Source: Camelus dromedarius | Taxonomy: Eukaryota | DNA length: 64,000 bases | NCBI RefSeq assembly: GCF_036321535.1 | Contig: NC_087436.1 | Coordinates: 5,580,001 to 5,644,000, forward strand | Direction: 5' to 3' | In this document: positions 26,163-38,179 of the stretch, in pieces | Layout: the number at the start of each line of letters is the position of its first letter | Position numbering within the stretch: position 1 is the stretch's first letter | Notes under the pieces: generated by a model | Databases searched by the model: none | Told to the model about the DNA's origin: nothing | Seen by the model: the letters and a program-made list of their open reading frames with translations, nothing else | Translations under genes and position numbers: made by a program

Positions 26163-26742
26163 GAATTCACACTGTTAATAATAATACAGATTTGGCTTTG
26201 CAGAGAAGAGACCCCCCTCAAGGTGACTTAACCAATATAACAACCCTGATGTAGCTGGTCGACGGCTGCTGTGATGGGTCTCTCCCCGTGGTCACCTGGG
26301 AGTCCAGACTCCCCCAGCCGAAGGTCTTTGCCTCTTTCGGCCTCACCAGCTGAGATTCAGGACCAGGTCCTTATTTCTAGCAGCATGAGGTGGGGAGAGA
26401 GGAAGAGAAGCACCATCTGCGCTGAAAACACATCCTGGGATGTGCACATGTCATTCTCTCTCACTTGTCATTGCCCGGACGTGGTGACGCTTCATCCCCT
26501 GGCCACGCTAGCTGCAGAGAAGGCAGCGTTTTGGTCCAGTCTTGGAGACCAAGAGAAGTAGTGAACGTGCATGAGTCCAATGGGAGGGCCTCATTTATGA
26601 GACCTTATGGGCATATTATCTAAGTCTTTATGTGGAAGCTTAGAGAAAATACCAACTCTGCTCTTTAAGCAGTAAAGCTATGACTTAGCATCTGTTGACC
26701 TCTTTCTGTAGCTTTGGTCCTTCTCAAATAACAGTCACTTTT

Positions 26743-27410
26743 TAAAATTGAAGTATAGTTGATTTACAGTGTTGTGTTAGTTTCCGGTGTACAACATAGT
26801 GATCCATTTATAAATGTGCATATATTCCTTTTCGTATTTTTCATTATAGGTCATTACAAGGTATTGAATAGAGTTCCCTGTGCTGTACAGTGGGTCCTTG
26901 TTGTTCATCTATTTTATATATAATAGTGTGTATCTGTTAATTTCAAACTCCCAATGTATCCCTGCCTCCAGCTGCCCCTCTGGAAACCATACGTTTGTTT
27001 TCTACGTCTGTGAGTCTCTTTTTGTTTTGTAAATAAGTTCATTTGTGTCATTTTTTAGATTCCATATATAACTGATGTCTTATGATATTTGTCTTTCTCT
27101 ACCTGACTTACTTCACTCAGAATGACAATCTCTAGGTCCATCCATGCTACTGCAAATGGCATTATTTTATTCTTTTTTATGGCAGAGTAGTATTCCGTTG
27201 TATAAATATACCACAATTTCTTTATCCAGTCTTCTGTTGATGGACATTTAGGTTGCTTCCAATGTCTTGGCTATTGCAAACAGTGTTGCTGTGAACATGG
27301 GGTGCATGTATCATTTAGAATTAAGAGTCTTCCCCGATATATGCCCAGGAGTGGGATTGCTGGATCACATGGTAAGTCTGTTTTCAGTTTTGTAAGGGAT
27401 CTCCATACTG
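26743..27410 (-). mobile_element. L1 3' end (~670 bp)
   Basis: Continuous antisense 3'UTR and ORF2 end; TSD aataacagt(c/a)actttt at 26727 and 27411. Confidence 0.92.
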
Positions 27411-28758
27411 AATAACAGTAACTTTTGCTCCTGGATGGGCTCTAACTTCAGTTCCGGGTCTGTACCACTGTCTGTGCCCATCACAACAAAGGGAAGTCAA
27501 GGAGAAGGAAATTATTTCCTGCTAAGCTGGCTGGTGAGCTTCCAACAAAGCTGTCCTGCTGCTCATCTGTGATGATTACAGGGTGCTGAGAATGAACCTT
27601 GGTCCCCCTGTGGCTTCTGAGCTATAGTCTAGCCTTTCTCTTACCTTTGCTCCTAATTCTGACCCAGTTCACAGGACTAGGTTTTATTCTGACCACTGTT
27701 TGATTAGTTACCTTTGCCTCACCTTTAAACAAAGGTCGTATTGATCTCTCACTATGACAGACACAATATACTCTTGTTTATCAATCTTTTTCTTTATTGT
27801 TCTCTCACTAACCCCTCAAAAAAAGTGCAGGAAGAAGACACAGAAACTACTGTAAACAGTCCTGAGGGAAACTTCTCCATTGCTATTTTCCAGTTGCACT
27901 GATGCTTCCAAAATGATTTATCACCCATCAAACCCAGTCACAATCTTACACATTGCCTTTGAGTAGAGCAGCAGAAAATATACCACATTAAGCTCTTCAA
28001 TTCAAAGTACTTGATATTCTACACTTGTTTCTTCCAAGGCATTTTTTTTCTGCTTCTCTCATTCCCTGGTGAATACCCAAAGCAATAAGCAGACACTAAT
28101 ATTTTACTGGGAGGATAACTTTCATATTTGCTCTGTAGAAATTACCAGTATTTGGACGATTGCACATGAAATGACTCCTCCTTTTTGGATGTCCCCATTT
28201 GGAGAGTTTTCTCTCTGTAGTGGCTCAAGATTTTAAAAGTGCTTTGAGAGTTTCTTATACCAAATAATCCATGTGCATCCTTGTTGCTGTTTGAAGAATG
28301 CAGGCTTCATGTGTTATAATTTTATTCCATTTTATTGGCACTAATTCAGAGAATATGGCCAACCAGGTGGTATCAAAGGATGTGCTATTTCTGAAGACAT
28401 TAGCATATAAACACACCACGACATATGGTTAAAGATTCATTTACAGGTGTGGCAGCTTCTGCATCTTGTTGCTCTGAATCAATTTAATAGTCAGTGTATT
28501 GGGTTAGCTCTCTTGGCAGAGGGATTGAGCTGTTTTTTTTTTTTTTTTAAATCTGCACATTATAGATTCAGGAGCATTTATTATAATTACAATAAATTCA
28601 GTAGTTCTGTTGTCTCATTGGAGAATCAGGAGGTGAAATTATCTTCTCCAGGGGAGGGTCAGGTCAGAGGTGCTGACATTTCCAGTGGAGATAGCCACTC
28701 TAAAGTCCTTGAATTACTAATTTTAACTTAATTTTTTCTAATATTTTCCTCTTTGTAC

Positions 28759-29650
28759 TTTTTTTCTTTTGTAATTGAAGTATATAGTCAGCTTACATTG
28801 TTGTGATAGTTTCTGGTATACAGCACAATGCTTCAGTTACACATATGTATATTCTTTTCCATATTCTTTTTCATTATAGACCATTATAAGATATTGAATA
28901 TAGTTCTCTGTGCTGTACAGTAATACCTTGTTTATTTATTTTATATACAGTAGTGTGTTTCTGCAAATCCCAAATTCCTAATTTATCCTTCCCCCATCCC
29001 CTTTTTCCCCTGGTAGCCATAAGTTGTTATCTATATCTGTAAGTCTGTTTCTGTTTTGTAAATAAGTTCATTTGTGTCATGTTTTAGATTCCACATATGA
29101 GTGACATCATATCGTATTTTTTCCCTCTATCTGACTTACTTCATTTAGAATGACGATCTCCAAGTCCATCCATGTTGCTGCAAATGGCATTACTTTATTC
29201 TTTTTAATGGCTGAGTAGTATTCCATTGTATAAATATACCACGTCTTCTTTATCCAGTCATCTGTTGATGGGCATTTAGGCTGTTTCCATGTCTTGGCTA
29301 TTGTAAATAGTGCTGCTATGAACATTGGGGTGCAGGTGTCATTTTGGAGCAGGGTTCCTTCTGGATATATGCTCAGGAGCGGGATTCCTGGGTCATATGG
29401 TAAGTCTATTCCTAGTCTTTTGAGATATCTCCATACTGTTTTCCACAATGGCTGCACCAAACTGCATTCCCACCAGCAGACAACTTCTTTATCCAGTCAT
29501 GTCGATGGACATTTTGTTTTTTTCCATGTCTTGGCTACTGTAAATAGTGCTGCAATGAACATTGGGGTGCATGTATCTTTTTGAGTTAGAGTTTCCTCTG
29601 GATATATGCTCAGGAGTGGGATTCCTGGATCATATGATAAGTCTTTTTCA
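28759..29650 (-). mobile_element. Young L1 3' end plus a second, overlapping L1 segment
   Basis: ORF 29107-29460(-) is the uninterrupted L1 ORF2 C-terminus (VQPLWKTVW...[12 protein letters not shown]); about 29480-29650 repeats the L1 interval at about 29240-29410. Confidence 0.92.
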
Positions 29651-29892
29651 GTGTGCCTTTACTTTATCCATTCTTGAACTTTATTAATAGCTCTGAGAAA
29701 TCAAAATATTCTCATCACTTTCAGTGATAAAATGTATTAATAAAGGGAGATAGAAGAATATTAATGGCCTCAAATGGAAATATCAGAAGGAAACATCACA
29801 AATCCAAGGACCATTTAGAAAACATAGCATGCTTTAATGTTTGGAATTGTGTGCCAGTTTGTGAATTCACACACAAAACACATGATGGGTGA

Positions 29893-30513
29893 TGTATTCA
29901 TTTCCTATCACTACTGTGATAAATTACGACAAACTTAGTGGTGAAAAACACAATTTATTGCCTTACAGTCTGGAGGTCAGAAGTCTGAAATTGCTCTCAG
30001 TGAGCTCAAATCTAGTGTCAGCAGGGCTGCCATTCTCTTTGGAGGCCCTGGGTGGGGTGGGGCGAGAATCTACTTCCTTGCCTTGTGCGTCTTCTGGATG
30101 TGCCCCCCACCACCACCCCCTGTGTTCCTTGGCTCCTGCCTGGCCGTCCCCAAGTCCAGCAATGCCAGGTCTTCCTCACGTTGCCCTCACATTTCTCAGA
30201 TTGTATCACTCAGGCACCCTCTTGTTTCTGCGTTGTATCTGACTTTTTGAAATTCTAGCCATGCTTTTAACTTACTGTTTTTACCCAGATCTGAAGGTCT
30301 CTGTTTCCACCTATGTTGCTTTAAAAAAAAAAAAAAAAAGAGGGAGACTCTTGTGATCATAGTGGGATAATCTCCCCGCATCAAAATCAGATGATCAGCA
30401 ACCTTAATTCCTTCTCCAGTCCTCATTCCCCTTTACCATGCAGCCTAACGTCTTCTCAGATTCTGGGAATCTAGAATATGGAGATTTTTGGGAGACTGTT
30501 TTTCTGCCTACCA
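29893..30513 (-). mobile_element. MaLR solo LTR (MLT1C/D-like)
   Basis: Starts 'tgtattcatttccta...caaacttagtgg...ctggaggtcagaagtctgaaat' and ends 'ttctgcctacca'; gggtga near both ends. Confidence 0.85.
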
Positions 30514-30699
30514 GGGGTGATGGTGACAAAAAAAGAACAAGAAACAGGAAGATGTGAAGGGAGAAAAAAAAAAAACAAAAAACCAGAGGATGGAAAGTAG
30601 CTTGCTAACCCCAGCTCTGCAGCCAGCTAGCAAAGGGAGTCTGTTTCACAGTTTATCATTTCAGTAAATAGATACAAATGATAAATAACTTGCCCTGGC

Positions 30700-31055
30700 A
30701 GCCTCTGGTGTGCCATTCACCATTTGACATGTGTATTGTCTTATTTAATCCTCAACACAACACTACTCCCACTCTGTAGAGAATCAAATTGAGGCACAGA
30801 GAGTTCATGTAATGTTTTCTTTTTTGGGTGGGGTGGGGGTGGGGGGTGGGATGTAATTAGGTTTGTTTATTTATTTTTAATGGAGGTATTGGGGATTGAA
30901 CCCAGGACCTCATGCATGCTAAGCATGTGCTCTACCACTGAGCTACACCCTCCCCTCCCCAGTGTAACATTTTCTTAATCACTCAGCAGGAAGTGGAGAG
31001 GCAGGATTTAACTCATGAAGTCTGGCCTGACAGCTCAGATTTTAACCATTAGGCT
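30700..31055 (-). mobile_element. MIR interrupted by a SINE
   Basis: 'ttatttaatcctca...aattgaggcacagagagtt' on the left and 'ggcaggatttaactc...gtctggcct' on the right. Confidence 0.65.
30822..30960 (-). mobile_element. tRNA-Ala-derived SINE (vic-1-like)
   Basis: Same body as 961-1080; TSD tgtaatgttttctt / tgtaacattttctt. Confidence 0.9.
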
Positions 31056-31299
31056 ACATTGCCCTTATTAAAATAGGATACAAATAAAAATTGATTTTTT
31101 AATTTATTTTTTAGTTAAAGCAGTCGATACATATTAATTGGGCAACTGCTGGCAGCCTAGGCACTCTGGTCAGCATTGGAAGTATGGTAGTAAATAAACA
31201 AAACACAGATTCCGTCGCTGTGAGCTGGACTATAGATAAGATGAAATATAGACATTTGTTCCCATAATTGACGGTTATTTTAACAAACCAGGCCAAAAC

Positions 31300-31650
31300 G
31301 TAGAGGTGTAAAAACAAGTCATTTTGTTATCCCTCGTAATTTTGTAGGTGTACTGGTATCAGCTGGGCAGTTCTTCTGCCCCGGGTGCATTCAGTGGGGC
31401 TTCACGGAGCTGGAAAATCTACGGTGGCTCCCTGGTAAGACAGGCAGGTGCTGCTGGATGTTGGCTGGGAGCTTGCCCTGCAACTTAGACTTCTAATTGC
31501 ATAATGGCTGAGTTCCAGAGAGCTTCTCAGGGATGAATGGTCCAAGGGGGAGAAAGCAGATGCTGGCCATCTTATTAAAGATGAGGTCCAGGACCTACTC
31601 AGCATCACTTCTGCTGTATCATGTTGGTGGTACTCAAGAGGAGGATGCAT
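31300..31650 (-). mobile_element. Old MaLR LTR fragment (MLT1J/K-like)
   Basis: 'cagctgggcagttcttctg...ttggctgggagc...atggctgagttccagagagc...catcacttctgctgtat'. Confidence 0.6.
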
Positions 31651-31799
31651 GTACTTCAGTCCTTTCTGGGGAAAGGAAACAATAAGTCAAGATTAGTCCA
31701 TAACAGACCAGAACCTAGAATTCAAGTCGGGGAACTTTATGAGACAAGGTTGGGAGAGGAGACAGTGGCTAATCACGCAAGGACTTCCCAGGGATTTTC

Positions 31800-32720
31800 A
31801 AACTGAAATAACAGCAATAGGAGGACTGGATGGTTTTAAGCGAGATGATTTAAGCATCATTCAGAATTAAGTGATGGGTAAGATGACTGTGGCTGCTGCC
31901 TGGAGAGTGGAGGGAAACTCCAGGACGGCAGTAACAGTGGCTTGGACCAGGCACTTGGAGCTGAAGGGAAGGCACGTCTGAATGATGTTCTGAAGATGTA
32001 ATTAACAAGACATGGGGAGTGCTTCCATGTGGAGGAAGAGGTAGAAGGAAGGAAAGATATGCTCCTGTCTCCAGCAACTTAGCGTGCGGTTCACTGATGA
32101 GCTTGCAAAGGAAAAGAAGGTGCTGAAGGGGAAATTAGAAGCTCAGCCTTAGACACGATCACTGAACTTAACGTCCCTTGGAACCTGCTGGAGACGCTGT
32201 CTGGGAGCCAGGTGGATGTACGGGATTCAGGAGCAAGCTCTGGGCTGCAGATGGAGATTTTGCAGATTTCTGCATGGACATGATTGAAGGTGTGATTGTG
32301 GATGGAGGTGCCTAAGGTGAGGATGTGGTTTGAGGAGAAGAAGAGTGTGCTTAGGACAGAATTCTGAGGCCAATCAGCATGTCGTGATCAGAGAGGAGGA
32401 GAAAGGTCAAAGGTGACCGAGAGGAGGATTTAGAGAGGTCGGAGAACTTGCTTAGAAGGCGGTGTTGTGAAGGGCAGGGGAAAGCAATTTTGAATGGTTT
32501 GTACAGGGTCCCCGTGTGACAGTCACGGAGGAGGAGAGACAGTGGTCTGTTAGACGGGGTGACAGGAATGTCGCTGGAGACTGCAGCAGGTGGTTTGGTA
32601 GCGTCGATTTGTAGACCCCTTGGAGCGGGCAGTCATGGATGGTAAGTGAGCACGTGGAGATGGCATGCGGGTCCTGAACTTATTTGCAGACATTTGGCTG
32701 TAAGAGGGGAGAGAGGAGGA
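31800..32720 (-). mobile_element. L2 LINE fragments
   Basis: Purine-rich antisense L2 pattern: 'ttttaagcgag...actgtggctgctg', 'ttcaggagcaagctctgggctgcagat'. Confidence 0.6.
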
Positions 32721-33096
32721 GTGGGGCAGGGCGGGGGGCGGTGGGGGAAGTAGGTTGGAATACAGATAAAATGACATATAGACATTTGTTCCTGTAATTG
32801 ACTGCGGTGTAGCAAACCAGCCCAAACTTAGTGGGGTAAAAACAACAATTAGTTGAGAGACTTGAGCAAGAGAAGGAACCATTGAGAAATCAAGACAAAA
32901 GTTGAAAATCTAGGAGGGGAGAGTTTGCCAGTTCTCTGTGAAAAATATTTTAAAACCTTCCTTGAATCGTAAGTGTGGGAAGTCTGGGAGAAGCAAAATT
33001 GCTCATGCTGACAGGAGTTATGACAAGCATTTTGTCGTTGAAGACCTATCATTTGCCACTGTTATTCATATCATTCTAATTAACATTAGTGACTTT

Positions 33097-33349
33097 TTCC
33101 TGTGTTTTTTTGACTTTTTAAATTGAAGTGCAGTTACAATGTGTTAATTTCTGATGTAGAGCACAATTTCCAAGTCATACATATATTCGTTTTCATATTC
33201 TTCCTACACTGCTGGAGGAAATGTAGTTTGGTGCAGCCATTGTGGAAAACAGCATGGAGATTCCTCAAAAAACTAAAAATAGACTTACCATATGACCCAG
33301 CAATCCCACTCCTGGGCATACATCCAGAGAGAATTCTAATTTAAAAAGA
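33097..33349 (-). mobile_element. 5'-inverted L1
   Basis: Antisense L1 terminus, then sense ORF2 piece ([30 protein letters not shown]); TSD aacatta(g/a)tgac at 33082 and 33350. Confidence 0.88.
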
Positions 33350-34149
33350 AACATTAATGACATTTGAAATCTCGTTTGCTAAAATTTTAAGATATGAGGA
33401 TGCTTCTGACTTGGAAAATACATGAGTGGTCAGTTTTTTTCTTTTTTCTTTTCTTTTGTAAGAATGTTTGGCTTAAGAAATAGACATAATGCAATTGTCC
33501 TTGAGAGTTTTTGCAACGTCATTTGTCAGAGTAGACACTATCTCCAAATCAGAATTTTTTAACTTTAGAAACACTTTCTTTTAAGTCCTTCTTGACATGG
33601 CTGGCTAACAAGTTTCTGGATTCCTTTGAAACTTTAGGACTTTGAAATTGAAACTGTCTCTTGAATTTTTTATTTAATGGATTTAAAAGAACTCTTTGTA
33701 TGGAAAGTCAAAGTGTTGAAAGGAGAGGTGATCAAAGTTTATAAAACTTGGAAGAGAATAAACATGAACTTACTCACCACATTTCAAAATATGTATTATA
33801 ATTTGGGGACACTCCTTGAAGCACAAAGGAAGAGGTTTAGGGTAAATCAAAAGAAACATTGTTTTAAATTAATGAAACAGTAACCCAAGAGGTGAGACAA
33901 TGTAAAAATACAAGCAGATTAAAGGGGATTCGTGAATGAGATGGAGCCATAATTTGGGGTCGTTCAAGATTATGCTGAATGTTTGGAAGATGACTTCATA
34001 CGGTTTCACAAAACTTGTCTCCCACGTGACTCTCAAGTAACAAACTACATATGGCCTGAGGGGAGCCATGGTCTCTGGAGTGTGGGGCTGGTATTTCATA
34101 TGTTTTTACATCTTAGAAGTTAAGAGCATACAACATTCCTGGAATAAGT

Positions 34150-34325
34150 AAGCCTGGCATCTGTATGAGAACCCCAGTTTCATGGCTTGCTAAATGTGTG
34201 TCCTTGGGAAATTTACTCAACCTTGTTATGTCTCAGTTTCCTCACGGTGAAAGTGAAAATAATAGTATCTACCTTATAATATTTTTATGCAATAGTAAAG
34301 TAGATCGATTAACATAAGTTAAGAA
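34150..34325 (+). mobile_element. MIR
   Basis: 'tgtgtgtccttgggaaatttactcaacctt...tctcagtttcctca...aataatagtatctacc'. Confidence 0.75.
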
Positions 34326-35244
34326 TTTGATGTTCTTCTTGTTGGTATCACAGCAAGATTCTGCAGTACTGGTTCTGTCGAAATGGCCTTTTCAGTCAAA
34401 CAACGCAATTTTAGACCAAACTCAATACTTCTATATAAGTCACTAGAGGAGGGTGCTACTACTCCAGGAAAAACTCATTTACGATTGTAAATAATCAGGT
34501 TTGTTAATCTACTAGGTCACGTTTTGCATATAGCTCCTTCATTCAATTTTATTCTACATCAGCAATTCTTCAGTTTTAAATTCAGGGCATACATTTTTTC
34601 CCCTCAGATATAAATTTATTTTCTTAGTAATGATTTATTAAAAAAAATTTGAAGGAAAGAAATAATTTAAAACCAGGAAAGGAAAGCAATTGTGTAACAG
34701 TCACATGAGTAGTTCTTTTCTCTTTTTGGGCTTGGAAAATATGGGTATGCGGATGGGTTGGAGAGAATTGGAAAAGTGAGAGTATTCCACGTGAAACCCC
34801 ATGCACTCTGTGTGTGTGAGTGTATGTGTGTATGTACACACATATGGATACACCCACGCACATACAGCATAGGCGTGGGTTAGCCATGATGGGGGAATGG
34901 ATGTTCCCATTAGGGTGAATCTTTCCTCTCCTCACTCTTGCTCGAAGCCATACTCATCTGGTGCCACATGGGAGAGGAGATGGAAGGAAAAGTCTAGCAG
35001 ACAGAGAAGCATCGTTAGAATCGAGGAAAATGGGCCAAATGGTATTATCTCATCTGGAAGAAAGAAGGATGAAGTTCAAAGGCACCTGTATGACCTAAGT
35101 GTGTTCTAGGTAGACAGGACTTAAACAGTAGCTGTTTGTTCCAGACCCAGCTGTGCTTGCTTCCAGGACAGTTCTCAGACACAGTCATTTAATCTGAGTG
35201 TTAGAATTTTTTTGAAGGAATTAAGACATTATCTAGTGGCACCC

Positions 35245-35380
35245 ACTCGTTTTTTGTAAATTAGTAAACTTACGCCCAAAGGCTTAAGTGACTTGGCCGA
35301 GATCTCACAGTGAGTCGGGATGTGAAGCCTAGTGGATTCCTGGGTCCCTGGGTGGCCTGCCTGAATTCTCATCACAACTG
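35245..35380 (-). mobile_element. MIR
   Basis: 'ttaagtgacttggccgagatctcacagtgag'. Confidence 0.55.
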
Positions 35381-36030
35381 CAGCTTCTTCACAGGCATCC
35401 CATGGAGTTTCAACTGATTTGTTTTTTCTTTTCTCGGCAGTGGATTTATACAAATTCGGGGTTTCCACATTTAACAAGTTGATTATTCCTTTAGATATTT
35501 TTTGACATTTCATTTTTTTGGAAGAAAGTTATAGATTACTTAACTATTTAACTATAAAATATAAATATTATATAAATGTAATATATCTATTAAATTTCAC
35601 ATATTTAAAATAATTTATTTTTGGCATCTACAAACTTTATAAGATAAAGGCATCTTTTCTAGTAAGATAGATACTGCATGATATATTTTGAGCTTTATGC
35701 TCATATAAAGGGATCTTGAAAAGTGAGCCAATCAATCCTTTATAAATGGATTCATACTTTTCTATCTTATATAATTCAGAATGGCTTTCTATTAAAATGT
35801 GACTTTTACCATTAAAGGTAGCTTTTTATAAGCTACATTTTTTAAATGTGATTTTGATCAAATTCCTTTTAAACTCTTTTCAGAACGAATTCAAATAGTG
35901 CTCCTTTAACCTGCATAACTTTTAAATTCCTGTATAATGCTGGGTTTTCTCAATGAAAGTCAGAGCTCTGTCTGGCTGAGATTTGCTAGGCGAGCTGATT
36001 ATCTCTGTCAGACTTAGATTTAATTTACGT

Positions 36031-36238
36031 GGATGATGATGATGATGATGATGGTGATGATGGTGGTGTATGATGATGAAGATGAGGAGGAGGATAGTGA
36101 TGATGTTGATGATGATGGTATTGGTGATGGTAATGATGAGGGTGATGGTGATGATGCTGGTGATGGTGATGATGATGATGGTGTTGATGAGTGTGATGGT
36201 GGTGATGGTGATGGTGGTGTTGATGATGATGGTGATAA
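36031..36238. repeat. Degenerate (GAT/GGT)n trinucleotide repeat
   Basis: About 200 bp of gat/ggt triplets. Confidence 0.95.
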
Positions 36239-36589
36239 TTGCACATACACTGCATGCTCTTTATTCCCCTATGAAGAAATGTGCCTCCTTACTTGTGCAT
36301 AAACAATTTCAAGTGTTTCTATCCTTGTTCTGCCTTGTACCCTTTCAGAAACTTGGCATGTGTTCCCTCTGCTGAGTCCCTGGGAAACACCTGGGATTTT
36401 GGGTGCTCCCAAAGGCAGTAGCCATTAGCTTCAAGGTGGTGGCTCAGACCGAGAACACCCCTCCCGGCTGCCTCCACAGCTGTGCTTGCAGGTTTGCCTT
36501 TAGCGTGGACTCAAGGGGCTCAGTTTGCGTTAGAAATATCTGGAGAGTGAAAACGTGTCAGGGATTCAGCCAGCTTTATTAAGATTATT

Positions 36590-36900
36590 AAATAGCATTT
36601 ATTTGCTCATTATTTTATTCACAGAATCAGGATGCGTAAGCCTTTTCTGACCATCTATTCTAGGCCATTCCCTGGGCTAGGAACTGAGGATGGAAAAGTA
36701 AAGTAAAGTAGAGACGCCTAACTCCGACTCATAATCTGACTGGAAAGAGCAATGGACTGACTACTAGACTGTGACACCCATGTGCGCCCTTATGGTAGAA
36801 AGTGACAGGAAGTGCCATGGCGGGGCCGCGGCATTGGGACTTAGAGTAGGCGTCAGGAGAGGGTTCAGACGGAAGTGAAACACTGAGGTTAGTCCTGGGG
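36590..36900 (-). mobile_element. L2 3' fragment
   Basis: 'atttatttgctcatt...ctattctaggccattccctgggctaggaact'. Confidence 0.5.
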
Positions 36901-38179
36901 ACGGCTGCGAGCGGGTCTGCAGTGCAGACGAGGAGTTGGATGCGTGGGCAGTTGGGGGACTGCTAATTCCATTGGTGGGTTGAAAGAAAATTGTACATTA
37001 TAGGGACTGCAATTTGTTTTTCTTTTGGGTTATTCATTTTAAAAATGAGCTGCTCATTTCCATGAGATATTTTTATTTTCAAACACTAAGCAAACTATCA
37101 GTTCAGAAAAGGAGATATTTGATTCATTTTGAGAACTAAACATATTAGGATATAGAAATGTAGGCTATTAATAGTTGGTTAATACCAGTTATCTGTTCTG
37201 TTATTGGAAAACATGCTATTTGGTGCTAAAAGGAATGGTTTTTGGAGGCCTTAATTTTGTTATCTGCACATTAAAAAATATAGATTAAGGAAAATTCAAA
37301 CTTTCTTAACATGGTAGTTCAGTCATCTGTGAGCTCTTTTTTAAAAATAGCTTTTTACGTTTTACATACAGCCCTGTGATGGAGCTACTGGAACTTGTAA
37401 ATAAAAAACAGAGGTCCAGGGAGGGTAAAAGACTGAGCCAAATCAGCTATGATAAATGATAAATTCAGACATCATATATGGATTTCTGAGCACCAAATCC
37501 TGTACTCCTTTCAAGTCAGAGTTTTACATTCGGAACTCTTTAATTTCCAACGTTAAGAAAACAACTAATCATTAGTAACCAAGACTCAGCACTGTGCCCT
37601 TATATGATCATCCTTACGTTTAATTACAAATTTATTTTGGAGAAAGATGGGGCTGAAGATCTCTTTATTAATTTGCTTAATTATTCAGTTATATTTCTAA
37701 ATTAAGACTGGGTCAGTTGCAGTAATCATATGAGCTCATAACAAGGATAATAGCATTAGTATCTTATTGAGTGACTATATTTTTTCACTATTTAAACACG
37801 AGATAATTGAAACTGACTGTTCATAAATGCCAAAGCTGGCTTCTTAAATTTGTCTGACCCTAAAGTGTTTCTCTTATGTTAACACCATATGTTACACATG
37901 TGAGTCAGATAAATGGAGTATTTGAATTGGTATTTGGCTGACGACCATGACCATGCTTGCAAGTAGCAAAATATTTGGAAGATTAATGCTCTTACTAACA
38001 AGATATCAAGGAGCCAGAAAGCGTATGAGTTGAAGAGTCTGAGAAAAAGAAAGCTTATTATTGACATCTTTTAGAATAAAAATAGAAAAGTAAATAGAAA
38101 GGAGCACCCAGAGACCAGGAACATTTTGGGGCGTCTTGGTAGATATTAGACAATAAAAGCAGGGAGAGGGAAGAGGTGG

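Noticed and set aside
29107..29460. 117-aa ORF as a host CDS
   Set aside because: It is the L1 ORF2 C-terminus of a 5'-truncated insertion.
36020..36375. His-, Asp-, Met- and Ser-rich ORFs
   Set aside because: They are translations of the (GAT/GGT)n simple repeat in several frames, with no splice or homology support.
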